A stretch of DNA of 63,191 nucleotides, counting the filler, from Chrysochromulina tobinii (Eukaryota), in NCBI GenBank assembly GCA_001275005.1. It is 4 parts of 4 records of this genome, joined end to end, with 100 filler letters (N's around TTAATTAATTAA, not from the genome) between each part and the next. Parts side by side here need not be neighbours in the genome. Positions count along the whole stretch, not along the records: positions 30,474 to 59,825 come from JWZX01000926.1; 3 more parts are not named here. One strand, written 5' to 3'. Made by a program: the position numbers and the translations under genes. Below, piece after piece: positions 42,465-54,089 of this stretch. Position 1 is the stretch's first letter; each line of letters starts with the position of its first letter. The notes under the pieces were generated by a model. It ran no database searches. It worked only from the letters and a program-made list of their open reading frames with translations, and was not told the origin of the DNA.

Positions 42465-43847
42465 TCACGCCTTGGCCGGCATCGGGGCGCCTTGGGGTAG
42501 CGGCTGGCCCTTGACGTACGCGATGATCGAGTCGGCCACGAATGAGGGGTTCTCGAGCGCGGGCGCGTGCTGCGCCTTGGGGATCATCAAGACCGCCTCG
42601 CAGTTGGGCAAGTCGGCCTGGAACTTGTACACGTCCTGAGGCGAGAGCACGTCATCCTCCTCCCCCCAGAGCACCAACGTGGGCGCGGGGACGGTCTTGA
42701 TCAGTGTCGGGTTCACGCGCTGCTGGTAGCCACCGCTCTTCAGGTAGGCACGCAGCGCCTGTCGCCAGCCCGCCTCCTTGGCCCATACGTGAGGGTAGGG
42801 CAGCAGGCCGTTGTTCGCACGCCATTGGAACAAGTTGGTGACCGGGTCAGCCGCGAGCGCGGTGAGGAATGGATCGGGCTGCGCGTACGACTCGCCGCCC
42901 GCATCCATCAGGATGAGCTTCTCGATGCACTCTGGATGGGAAGCTGCGAAGTCGATCGCGACGGCGCCTCCCAAGCTTGCGCCGAGGAGGATGCATTTCT
43001 GATCGCCGAGCTGGCGCTTGATGAAGGCCCTCTGGTGCTTGCGGATCAGGTCCCAGGGCGTCGCGCTCGGATCCGCCGCGAGCGCTTGAATGAATGGCTC
43101 GCGTGCGGTGAAGCCACCCGTCCACCACTCCATGGCCTCGACTCGCATGCCGGCCTCGACTAATTTGGGTGCAATGTAACGAAACTCGAGCACGCTCGAG
43201 TCGAAGCCGTGGATGAGCACAATTGGCGGCAAGTCCGCGGCCGCGCCCGGCGCGGGGTGCAGGCTCATGAAGCACGTGTCCACTGGGTCAGCGAGCCCCT
43301 CGACAGACAGGGGTGCCAACTGCATCGACTTCACATTGGCCACGGCCTCGGGCTCCACAAGCTCCCTCGCCTGCTCGCCCTGCCACGCCGGCAGGTCGAG
43401 CAGGACTTTCTCGCCATCCTCGGCGTCGCGCTCGCCCATGTACGCCTTCTTCCACGCCGACGGCGTCACTGACAGCGCAAGGTCGATGATCCAGCCACCC
43501 TCGTTCTTGCCAGACGCCTCGCGCTCGTCTGGGTTCCCTCCGAAAAAGACCAGCATGAGCGCAGCGCCCGACGCCATCGAACCTTTGCCCGCGAGCAAGA
43601 TGATCACAAGAAGGAGGCCGATGGGAATGAGAAACACGCCAGCGATGCCACCAGGCACAGCGTCGAAAGCACCCATGATTGATGTCGCCGCGTCGGCATC
43701 GGCAAGATCCAGCAGAGCGATCGGATCGGACGTGCGAGCTGTGGCGGCAACAGCTGCGGCCGGCGGCAAACGCGACTGCGGTATGGTACTTAGCGGGCGG
43801 CTGATTTGAAACGCCTCAACACCAACCAACAGCGCGGAGAGGAGCAT
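42465..43847 (-). CDS. Alpha/beta hydrolase, probably plastid-targeted
   Basis: LIHGFDSS, GASLGG, VLWGEEDDV, AQHAPALE; signal peptide ending VEA-F followed by a transit-like peptide. Confidence 0.9.
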   Translation of the reverse strand: MLLSALLVGVEAFQISRPLSTIPQSRLPPAAAVAATARTSDPIALLDLADADAATSIMGAFDAVPGGIAGVFLIPIGLLLVIILLAGKGSMASGAALMLVFFGGNPDEREASGKNEGGWIIDLALSVTPSAWKKAYMGERDAEDGEKVLLDLPAWQGEQARELVEPEAVANVKSMQLAPLSVEGLADPVDTCFMSLHPAPGAAADLPPIVLIHGFDSSVLEFRYIAPKLVEAGMRVEAMEWWTGGFTAREPFIQALAADPSATPWDLIRKHQRAFIKRQLGDQKCILLGASLGGAVAIDFAASHPECIEKLILMDAGGESYAQPDPFLTALAADPVTNLFQWRANNGLLPYPHVWAKEAGWRQALRAYLKSGGYQQRVNPTLIKTVPAPTLVLWGEEDDVLSPQDVYKFQADLPNCEAVLMIPKAQHAPALENPSFVADSIIAYVKGQPLPQGAPMPAKA

Positions 43848-44097
43848 GAGCCGACGCGCGACGATCACACGCGTTCGCCCCCACGCACCGACGCGGATCT
43901 CGGCTCGAGCAATCGAGCAAGAAACTTTGATTTAGCAATCGACTTGAACTGACACCCAGTCCAACACCTGCAACTGTCACCTGCATGAGGCTGTACGTCA
44001 TTCTCAATGTCCCACGAGAACCATGCCGTCCACCCCGACCCGATATGTCCTGGTCCACAGATCACTGAGATCCCGCTCCTGCGTCAGAGCCCCATCT

Positions 44098-47000
44098 CTA
44101 TCTCGCCTTCGCGTCGCGCAGCTGGACGCACGTGATCTTGCCATCCTCGACAATCCACTTCTCGTTCGCGATCTCGGCCACAAAGGCCTGGTTGTGCGAG
44201 ACCGTGATCACAGCGCCCTTGAAGTTCTTGAGCGCCTGCGTGAGCGCGGCGAGCGTGTCGTTGTCGAGGTAGTTGGTGGGCTCGTCGAGCGCGATCAGGT
44301 GCGGCTTGGACCAGAAGGCGGCGCAGATGACGAGGCGCTGGCGCTGGCCGCCCGACATCTGCTTGACCTTGCCATGTGCGAGCTCAGAATGGATGCCGAA
44401 GTCGTCGAGGTGCGCGAGGATCTCGGTCGAGGTGATCGGCCGGATCGCCATCCCGCTGTCGAGCGCCTTCTGCTTCTCGTCAAAGTCGACGATGAGCTTC
44501 TTGGTATAGGCCCGGAAGAGGCCGCGCGGGTTCTCGAGCTCTTCGAGGGGCACCCACTGCGTGTCCATCTTCTTGCGCCCCGTCTTCTCGATCTCGTACC
44601 AGAGAGCTTTGCCGCGCATCTGCCGGCCGACGATCGCGGCCACCTGCCCAATCTCCTTCATCTCCTCCTTCTCTTCGTCTGTGAGGGCGTGCCCCTTGAG
44701 CTTCGAGATCTCGCGATCGAGGCCGTGCCGGAAGCGCTCCTGGATGTAGGCCATCGGCGTCTGGTCGAGCGAGTCCTCGAGGTGGTGGAGCGAGTGCTGC
44801 GCGATGTAGCTCACGCGCAGGTTGTGGTGCTTCCACGCCTCTCCTTTGGGTGGTAACAGGTCAGGCGAGCCGTCATCTTCCATCATCTCAAGGTCCCCCA
44901 CGATGAGCTTCAGAAAGGTCGACTTGCCAGCCCCGTTGGCGCCCAGCAGGACCGCGCGCGAGCCGAGCGTCACCGTCACGGTCGCGTCCTGCAGGATCCA
45001 CTTGTCGGTGCCCGGGTACTTGTAGCAGATCTCCTTCATAGTGAGGATCGGCTTGCGGTAGGTGCGGATGCCCTCGGGCTTGCCTGGATCGGGGAATCGG
45101 ATCGGCAGGATTTGCCCGGACGCCATCATCTCGTCCACCTTGCTCAAGATCGTGCCTTCGCCGCCCGCCTCCGACCCCCCTTCCGAATCATCAAGCGACA
45201 CGTCGCCCATGCCATCTGCGAGGTCGGATGCGGCATCTGAGCCACCCTCGGCCAAGAGCGCCATCTTGGCCATCGCGTTATCGGCCGTGGGCAGCCCAGC
45301 CGCGATCTCCGGTTTGAGCTGCTGGAACGACTTGAACCCCATCGGGTAGTACACGAGCCTGCAGGGCTTCCCCGCGATGCCGCCATTGTCGTAGTGTGCG
45401 ACATCGGTTGCCACGTCATCGATGAATTCGTAGTCGTGCGAGACGACGCAGATCGTCACGTTGGTGAGTGAGAGCAGGTGCTTAGTGAGCCACTTGACGG
45501 CGTTCACGTCCAAATGGTTGGTTGGCTCGTCGAGCAGCAGCAGCTCAGGCTGCTTCAGAATCGAGATGGCGATCGAGAGCTTCATCTTCCAGCCGCCAGA
45601 GAGCGAGGTGACCGGCGTCACCTGCAGCGCCTCGGGGAAGCCCACCGTCTCGAGCGTGCGGATCACCGTCGCATCGTCCACGTCGGGAGCCTGCGCCTTC
45701 ATGTGCTCGCGCGTCGTCACGCCCTCGGCGCATACGACCTCATGCCGGATGTAGTGCGTCTTGATCTCTTGTGGGAAACCGGTGATGTCCTTGGCCGCGA
45801 GACGGTTGAGCAGGGTCGTCTTGCCAACGCCGTTCTGGCCGATGAGGCCGTACCGGTGGCCACGCTCAAAGCGCAGATCGCATCCCTTGAGCAGCACGCG
45901 CCCTGCAAAGGCGAGGATGGCGGATTGCACGTCGACGGCGTAATCCTTGCCGTCAGCCGACTGCAGCATCGCCGACGCTTTCTCTGAGAGACGCAAGCGG
46001 AAGGCGCCCACCGTCGCCTCACACAGTGTCGTGAGCGCGGCCGCGGAGAGCGGCGCCGCAGCCGTGGCGCTATAGGGCGCGAGCATGGGTAGCAGCAGTG
46101 CCTCGAGCTGGCGCGGCGCCTGCGCAAAGTACTCGACCTTGACCGCGCCGCCGAGCGCCCGCTCGAGATACTCAGCCGCGCTGTCGGCCGCGAAGGCCAC
46201 CACAGCCGCGGGCAGCTCCGGGAGCAGCGCGGTGAGCTTGGGCATCAGCTCGGCCGCGATGGCCGTCGGGCGGGCTCCGAGGTCAGCCGACTCTTCGGGC
46301 GCCTCCTCGATGAGCTTCTTAATTGCACGCTCAGCGGCCTCGCGTACTCGCGGAGAGGAGTGCTCGAGGCACTTTCTGAGCACGGGCTCGAAGAGAGGCA
46401 CCCACGGCGCCACTTCGGAGGACGACTGAACCAGGCCGCACATGTTCCCGCTCGCGACCGCCGCCTTCTGGACGAGCTCGTACCTGGCGTCGTTGAGAGC
46501 GCGCAGCAGCAACGGCATGATGAAGGCGAGTGAAGTCCCATCCATAGCGTTGACGAATGTAGTGCACAGGAGCTCGTCGACGCATTCGAGCGTCGTCTCC
46601 GGCCGCAAGAACGCCTCGATGAGGAACGGCTTCAGCTTCAGGGTCTCCGGGTTGGTGACGCACTGCAGCAGCAGTGGCAGTGCCTCCGAAGCCGCTTCGA
46701 CGACCTTCGCATTTGTATTGGCGATGCACTCCATGACCTGTTTGGCAAGGGCGGCGTCGGTGGCGTGGGCGTACGAGAGAGGCAGGTAGGCAAGCAGACG
46801 TAGAAACAGACAGGAGAGAGAGAGAGAGAGGAAGCGGAGAGGCGGCGTGCGCGGGCGTGGGCCACATGAGGCCGCATGACGCGCTTGGGGCGGGGCGGGG
46901 CGACGGCCAGTGGTGGGAAAGCGCGCTGAGGGAGAAAGGGGTCCTGTGGGAAGCGCGCTGAGGATTAGGTGTCTCCGGCTCACCTCGGGGATGGCTTGAG

Positions 47001-48004
47001 GTAGCCGTGGGCCGACGGCGCTGGGCGCATGCTCGGCGAGTGTCGCGAGCGCGCCCAAACATTCGACCTTGGTGCGCCACTGCACCGCCGCCATGCCGTC
47101 GTAGAGCGCTGGGAGCACCTTCCCGATCGCATTCTCAGAGAGCTGCGAGAGCATCGCACGCACGCCGAGAGCCGCCGCGTCGGCCACACGCTTGTCCTTG
47201 TCGGCGTACAGAGCAACGAGCGGGCGCAACAGCGGCACGCCGTACGGCTCGAAGGTGGGGCCCCAGCTGACACGAGAGCTGCTCGATGGCGAGTGTCGCC
47301 GCCTCCTTAGCATAAGGAGCCGTCTTGCTCGGGCTGGCGCCGAGCAGCTCGACGAGCGTCGCCAGCACGCCGAGCCGCTCGAGGCTCGGCGCGCCTGCCG
47401 CGCCGATGCACGCGCCGACGCCGTAGGCGCCCTCACGGCACTCCTGCGGCGTCTTCGCTGTCTTGACCTTGTCGAGGTGTGTCGTCAGCAACGATGCCAC
47501 CTCGCCCCCGAGCGTCGCATTGCCCGCGCGCAGCGCACCGCGCAGCGCGCTCGCCATACCGCGCGCGGCACCCGTGGCGATGCCAGGCGACTCGTGGCCG
47601 AGAAGAGGCAGCTGCCGGCTGAGCAGCCCGCCGAGATCGCCCTCGGTGAGTGCGAATCCCAGCTCTCCGGCAATCTCGAGGATGCCGCCGGTCACTCGCT
47701 CGGCGCGCTGCGCGTCGGCGGGCGGATTGTCGAGGATGCCATCAAAGATGGCGAGCAAAACATCAGCCTTGGCTTCGCCCGCCACCTGGACCATGCGCAT
47801 GCCTGCCTTGAGCCCCGCGGTCCGCAGTGCCTCCAAGGGCTCGCCAAGTGCACGCACGAGCGCCGTGTCCATCTTCGATTTGTGGGGCGAAGCAAGCAGC
47901 TGATCGAGCAGCACATTGATGGCCTCAGCCGGCGTCGTAGCCGCACCGAGCGGCGTGGAGTCCACTGAGGGTGGCGGAGGCGTCGGCACGGTGATCGCGG
48001 GCAT
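44098..48004 (-). CDS. eEF3: Elongation factor 3-like ABC-F ATPase (HEAT + 2 ABC + chromodomain insert); intron 46738-46983; apparent +1 frameshift at ~47260
   Basis: QWRTKV HEAT region, TTFV, GQNGVGKTT, LSGGWKMK, DEPTNHLD, GANGAGKST, YIAQHS, MSGGQRQRLV, DEPTNYLD. Confidence 0.88.
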
Positions 48005-48753
48005 CGGAGAGACGTCGCCGCGGACGCTGTTCACACTTCATCGCAGTGAATGGCCTTTTCTGGTGCCTCTTTAAGCGTCGCCTTCCCACGTTCATTACAC
48101 TCACCAAACTCTGGGAGCGTTAGGGAGCGTTGGAAAACACATGGGCATGAAGATGGGACTGGGCCGAGCTCTGAGGACAAATATTCGTGGCCTTCGGATG
48201 ATCTCCTCGAAGGTCAAGCGGCGATAGTCATAGCCGACTGTGCAAGGGCGACTGTGTGAACCGACAATAAACATGGGCTACATGTAGATCCGACAGGGCT
48301 AGATCGGATTAAGATCGGATTCTCAGGGCGGATTCTCCTCGGATCTTGACATCTTGTTCATCGTCGAGGAATTCCGTCGCGTTTGAGAGTAAAGTTGTAA
48401 ACCATGCATGAAACCATGACAGCATCTGAGAACATCCGAGGACAGTAAACTAAGGCGCCCCTCCGGGCTGCGAAACACGATGCTAGTTCTTCGTCTCGGT
48501 CAGCAGCGTTCGGTCAGACGAATCCCTACGAACGCCGACACGACAACGAGGCTTTCATATTTCGGAAGAGGCTGCCTGTGGTCGCGTGCCTAGCCTTTCC
48601 TAGCCTCGTCGGGAATTCCTACACATACTTGCTTACTTGGGGCGCCGTCCGCCGTGGAGCGCAACTCCGCTGAAATGTCCCGCAAATATCACCTCTGACT
48701 CTCGTCCCGTCAGTAACGACCGACGGGACGACCGACGGGTACTAACAGACGGG

Positions 48754-49686
48754 CTACAAGTCGAAGCGTTTGGGCGGCACCCCAAAGTACGCGTCGACCG
48801 GCAAGAAGGCCGGATTGATCACCACGGGCGGCAGCGGCGGTCGCCCACGCGGGTCGCCGAGCGGATACGACACGGGCTCCGTGCCATACGCGTCCCGTTT
48901 CATGTCTACGACGACCCCGTATGCGGCCGCCGCGGGTGTTAGCATCTCTGGCACAGTCTCCTCCACAAGCACTGCCTCAGGCACACCTCCGCTCGCCTCC
49001 TCCTCTTTCTTTTTTCGATGCGCCCCGATGGCTTCCTGGTTCTTGCGCACGGCCTCGCGCTGCGCGGCCATGCGACGGCAGCGCCGAACCCTGCGCACCC
49101 ACGGCGATGCAACCAGAGTCACACTGAAGGGTGACGCTGCAGGGCAAAAGGGCGAAAGGACGCGCAGCACTCACACGCAGCACGAGAGGAAGATTGTAAG
49201 CGGCAGCAGCAGCACGAGTGCGAGCGCGGCGATGAAACCCAGGTGGTTGGTGATGTAAAGCGGCACGCGGAGCAGCGGGGGCGGCGATAGTGGTGATGAT
49301 GGTGGCGGCAGCTGCCGCGGCGTCACTCTGTTGAGCAGTGCGCTGAGCGCGTGGCCTGGCGGTGATGACGGAGAAGAAGTGCAGCCAGAGCAACCGTGGC
49401 ACTGGTCGTACGCGCAATAGTAGCTGGTTTGTACCGATCCAGCGCACCACGATGCGCAGGCCAGCGATGTCGCTGAAGAGGTTCGTACATCCACCTTGGC
49501 GAAGACTTGCTTTGGCCGCGGGTCTGCTCTGGGATTGAAGGCGGCGGCGTCCTGCTGCTGCTGCTTCCAAGAGGCGTAGGCGGCCAGTGCGTCACGCAGG
49601 GGAGATGTTCTTGTGTCATGCATTTGCTCATGCATAGCCGCTAGGACCACTTGGCCCTCGGGGAGGCGTCTTCGACTTCGAGCCAT
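48754..49686 (-). CDS. Single-pass membrane protein with small Cys-rich CxxWC motif (intron 49091-49174)
   Basis: CASWC…C…CHGCSGC followed by a TM helix; the GTGAGT…GCAG intron removes the in-frame stop. Confidence 0.55.
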
Positions 49687-49998
49687 CTTTATCTCTTTTG
49701 GGAATTTCCATTTTTGGGCCTGTCGGTTTCGTCGCGGTCACGCCCGCGCTCGGAGGCCTCGTTCAACACAAGTACTGAGTACTCGCTCTCTCGGGCTACT
49801 CAATTATGCTACAATTATGCTAGTGAGGTTGGACCTTCACGGAGCGCGCCGGCACGTTCGGTCCATTTTGCGTTGCATTTTTATTGGGCGACCTGCCCCC
49901 TGAAGGTAACGTGACCGGACGCGACCCAGTACTCGAGTAGAGTGCACGAGAAACGACGCCCAGCGTCGTCATGAGCGTCGTGCGTCGCCCCGCGTCCC

Positions 49999-51537
49999 TC
50001 ACACGATCGCCGAGTACTTGCGGTACAGGAAGAGCGATACGATCGCCACGAGCGCGAGCACCAAGTGTCGCCTGCGAGGGATCGAGACGTACGGGCCGTA
50101 GAGCAGAAGGAGAGAGAGCAGCTTCGGTCGGAGCATCCACTTATCGGCGGCGGAGCAGTGCCGGACTGGCAGGGGGATGGTCATATCGATGTCGAGCGTG
50201 GCGTTGCGCCAGAGCACCGCGCGCTGGTATGTGAACGTCTCGAATGAGTAGCGGCCGTGGCAGACGCCGTAGCCTGAGGTGCCGACGCCCCCGAAGGGCA
50301 GCGTGTGGCAGATGTGATGCAAATAGCAGTCATTCACGACGACCGTGCCGCTCTGCACCTCGCTCAGGAGGGTCTCAGCGACCGTCTCGTCGGCACTGAA
50401 GACGTAGAGCGCGAGCGGCGTTGGGTCGATCGATTGGATGAGCTTCACTGCCTCCGCCAGCGACGCATAGGTCAGCACGGGAAGCAACGGCCCGAAGATT
50501 TCCTCTTTGAGAATGGGCGAGCCCACGGTGGGCCCATCGACGAGGGTGAGTGGCATGTACTTGGTCGCGCGGTCAGGGCCCGCCGCGCCGATGCGGATCT
50601 GCTTGCCGCCCGCCTTGGCGAGCAGCTCGACCATCCGGTCGTAGTGGCTGGTCGTGCACATGCGACCAAAGTCCTTGGAGCGAATCGGCTCGTCGCCGAA
50701 CTGTTCCTTCATCTCCGCCTGCAGCGCGGCGAGGAAGTCGGCGTGGTGCGCCTCGTGCACGAGCAGATAGTCCGGCGCCATGCACGTCTGACCCGCGTTG
50801 ATCGCTTTCGTGTTGATGATGCGTCGGGCAGACTCGCGCAGCGGCGCGGACTGATCGATGAGGCACGGGGCCTTACCGCCTAGCTCGAGAGCCGTGGGCG
50901 TCATGTGCTCGGCCGCCGCCTTGGCGACAATCTGGCCCACGCGTGGCGAGCCGGTGAAGTAGATGAAGTCCCACTTTGTCGCGAGCAGCGCGGTCGACAC
51001 GTCCACGCCGCCAGTCACCACCCGGCAAACATCAGGAGAGATGTACTTGGGCATCTTGCGAGCGAGGAACTCGGCGCTCGCCGGCGTGAGCTCGGAGGGC
51101 TTGACCATGGCCGTGTTGCCGGCGGCGATGGCGCCGATCAATGGCTCGAACAGCAGCACGAGCGGGTAATTGTACGGGGCGACGATGAGCACCGTTCCGA
51201 ACGGGCTGCGCCGTACGGCCGCCTCGGCCGGCAGCACCAGCAAGTGTACGTCCTTGCGCTCGGCCGCCATCCACGTTTTGATCTTGGCTGAGATATCCTT
51301 GGCTTCGCGAATGATGACCATGCACTCGCCTTGCGCCTCGCCCATGGGGCGGCCCAGGTCTGCCATCAGAGCAGCTGTCGCCTCCTCGACGTTCTCCTCA
51401 AACATCTTAACGATGCTTGCGAGGACCGCCTCACGCGCCTCGGCAGTGGCCAACCTGCCGGCGTTGAAGCTCCCTTTCAGAGCGTCACGCTCTGCATTGT
51501 AATTGGCCGGTCCAGACGAGCCTTGTCTCGACGTCAT
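49999..51537 (-). CDS. ALDH3: Aldehyde dehydrogenase, ALDH3/fatty-aldehyde type, with C-terminal membrane anchor
   Basis: PYNYP, KPSE, FTGS, ELGGK, NAGQTCMAPDY, EEIFGP, PFGGVGTSG. Confidence 0.93.
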   Translation of the reverse strand: MTSRQGSSGPANYNAERDALKGSFNAGRLATAEAREAVLASIVKMFEENVEEATAALMADLGRPMGEAQGECMVIIREAKDISAKIKTWMAAERKDVHLLVLPAEAAVRRSPFGTVLIVAPYNYPLVLLFEPLIGAIAAGNTAMVKPSELTPASAEFLARKMPKYISPDVCRVVTGGVDVSTALLATKWDFIYFTGSPRVGQIVAKAAAEHMTPTALELGGKAPCLIDQSAPLRESARRIINTKAINAGQTCMAPDYLLVHEAHHADFLAALQAEMKEQFGDEPIRSKDFGRMCTTSHYDRMVELLAKAGGKQIRIGAAGPDRATKYMPLTLVDGPTVGSPILKEEIFGPLLPVLTYASLAEAVKLIQSIDPTPLALYVFSADETVAETLLSEVQSGTVVVNDCYLHHICHTLPFGGVGTSGYGVCHGRYSFETFTYQRAVLWRNATLDIDMTIPLPVRHCSAADKWMLRPKLLSLLLLYGPYVSIPRRRHLVLALVAIVSLFLYRKYSAIV

Positions 51538-51754
51538 CAAGGCGCTGCGCTTTCGACGAGAGCTGCACACCAGCGGCGCGCCCGATCAATGTAGCCGGAT
51601 TTGACGAACCTACCGGTACCGGTGAATGATTCGATGAGGCATTTTTCGGATGACTTACAAATGTGGGACATGTGCAGTCCGCGGTCGAGTGGTCGAGCTG
51701 ACCTGGGTCCGCGAGTGGTCGCAAGTGGTCGAGTGTCGAGCGCACCTGGGGCTT

Positions 51755-52285
51755 TCAAAAGAGACCGAAGAGCTTCGACGGCGGCGATGGAAGCGGCAGA
51801 GGCGGCCTTGAGAGCATATTGATCAGGGCGAACTGTTGGCCGTGCACTGCTGCGAACCCAACGGCAAACAAACCGAGGCAGACGGAAAAGATGAAGTTGC
51901 TGCCCCCTAGCTTGGCTGCCGGCTTAGCTGCTGCCACTCCTGTCCCGATGGGCTCCGCTGCAAGCGATGAGGCGATTTGGTTCCGCTGAAGCTTCAGCTC
52001 CCGTGCATCCTTGTCGAGCCTAGGTGGGTCCGCAGCGGCATCCGCAACATCAGCTGCCGCCACCATCGCTGTTCCCACCAACTCCGCTCCCGCAACCGCA
52101 GCTGACGCAACCACCGTTTCCACCGCCTCCGCTCCTGCAACCGCAGCTGACGCAACCACCGTTTCCACCGCCTCCGCTCCTGCAACCGCAACGCCCGCTG
52201 CGGCGATCAAATCAGCCTCTGTGGCACTCATCAAACCCGCCGCCTCCGACCCTCGTTCGCGTGATTCAGCTTGACGTTGCGACAT
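51755..52285 (-). CDS. Hypothetical small protein with 15-aa Ala/Val repeats and a C-terminal TM segment
   Basis: ATG-started ORF, 45-bp repeats, hydrophobic tail. Confidence 0.4.
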   Translation of the reverse strand: MSQRQAESRERGSEAAGLMSATEADLIAAAGVAVAGAEAVETVVASAAVAGAEAVETVVASAAVAGAELVGTAMVAAADVADAAADPPRLDKDARELKLQRNQIASSLAAEPIGTGVAAAKPAAKLGGSNFIFSVCLGLFAVGFAAVHGQQFALINMLSRPPLPLPSPPSKLFGLF

Positions 52286-52476
52286 GTCGAGCTATTCCGG
52301 CAAGTCGAAGCTGTGAACACTCCGCTACTGTAGAAAGATTCCGCACAGCACGTTTCGGCGATGTTGAATGACTTCCCGTAGGCGGTACTGTAGGAACTTC
52401 CACTCCTTGATGAAGCTCATAATCACAAGGACGTGCGCTTCGTCGCGAGGCGCGGGCCGCGCTCTCAGGCTCTTCG

Positions 52477-53532
52477 ATGCTGGGACAAAGCGGTAAGGAT
52501 TCCCTGCTTTATGAGGCCCTTGGACACTTCGTCGCCGGCGATTTGAGCGCCTACACCTTTGAACCGACCAGCGGCGGCGTCAACAACGTCGTCTTCTACG
52601 TGATGAAAACGGAGGCGTCAGGGGAGGGTAAGACGCTCATGGGCGTGCTGCGCGTCTACAACAACGGCAACGATGACGCCAAAGTTTACTTCGAGCACCG
52701 CATTCTGGGGCTGCTAAGAAAGCAGCCGCTCTCGTTCAGCATTCCGGAAACGATTGTGTCCACGAGTGGCAACGACTTCCAGAAACTGAGCAGCGGAGCA
52801 AGTGCGTGCCTCTTCAAGGCGATCAAAGGCGGGCTGCCGAAGCTTACTAAGGCGCGTGAGATCGGGCTCTGCGCCGGAGAGCTCTCGAGCGCAATGGCAA
52901 AGATCGACAGGGGAGAAGTGCCGAAGGTTTGCCCCACCTTTCCATATCATGACATCTACAAGGTGCATCACGCAATGACGCGGGAGCTCTTCCTCGAGCA
53001 GCTCAAGTCGGCGCAATTCGATGAGTGGAGGGCCTTCGCGAACGAGGTGGAGGACGACCTGAAGCTCGTGGAGGAGAAGATCGGCTCGTATCATGGGGTG
53101 CTGCCGTGGAGCTTCATTCACGGAGACTTGCACTACGACAACGTACTGTGCGACGACGTGGGGGTCACAGGCCTGCTCGACTTTGAGTTCTCGTCGTACG
53201 ATTGGAGGGCCATGGAGCTTGCAATCTGCCTGAGCAAGTACTGCGGTGAGAAAGAGCCCTTTGGCTACTTTGAGCAGTTCGTCGACGGCTTCGCAGTGCA
53301 TGCTGAGTTGACGGAGGCGGAGATCGAGAGCATCTGCATCCTGATTCGATTGAGAATCCACTCAAATGTCATCTTTTTCGTGGGGAGGGCGCTGGCAGGA
53401 GAGGACCTGATGAGCACGCTCACGAGCAGGATCGAAACGTACTGCAAGAGGCTGCGCTGGCTCAAGGCCAACGAGATCGAGATCGTCGGCTTGATCAAGT
53501 CGAAGTTCGCTGCTAACAAGAAACTCTTATGA
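52477..53532 (+). CDS. thrB: APH-family phosphotransferase, type II homoserine kinase-like
   Basis: SGGVNN, VLRVY, IHGDLHYDNVL, LLDFEF. Confidence 0.8.
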   Translation: MLGQSGKDSLLYEALGHFVAGDLSAYTFEPTSGGVNNVVFYVMKTEASGEGKTLMGVLRVYNNGNDDAKVYFEHRILGLLRKQPLSFSIPETIVSTSGNDFQKLSSGASACLFKAIKGGLPKLTKAREIGLCAGELSSAMAKIDRGEVPKVCPTFPYHDIYKVHHAMTRELFLEQLKSAQFDEWRAFANEVEDDLKLVEEKIGSYHGVLPWSFIHGDLHYDNVLCDDVGVTGLLDFEFSSYDWRAMELAICLSKYCGEKEPFGYFEQFVDGFAVHAELTEAEIESICILIRLRIHSNVIFFVGRALAGEDLMSTLTSRIETYCKRLRWLKANEIEIVGLIKSKFAANKKLL

Positions 53533-54089
53533 CCACAAAAAAGGACCAGCTGCCCACATTCTTGAGCAGAGCCTTGTAAGAGCCTTCTGCTGCTGCTGGC
53601 CCCGCGGTCGCTGGTGAGCAAACTTTCGTTGTAGACGAGAGGTGTGAGGGAGCCGCGTTCGCGCGCGGCACGGCCGGCGGGGGCCGGGGGGATATTCGAT
53701 AGGCTATTTTACGCCGGTGTGACTAACGGTCTGACCGTGTACTATCGGAGCGTGTCGGCGACGTGTGTGCTTAATCAACTGAGCAAAATTTGCTGTTAAC
53801 TGGTTTGTAATTCTGTTAAAATGGCAAAACCCCGAGGCCCTGGAAAGGAAAAAGGGGACACGGGACTGCCGCGCCGCAGCACTAGGCGGGAGCGTAACGA
53901 TCGCCGCATCTCGTCGTCACTTCTCGTCTCGACGCGAGGCAACCCTTCTTCCAAAGCGTGCGAAGAACGACGATGCGTCGTGTCCGTGTCCAACACAACT
54001 ACTCACGACGCGCTCACGATGGGTCGGCGAAGGACGATCCGCCACTAAATCCGCCACGGCGCCGCGACGCTCCTCTCTTGGACCCGACC

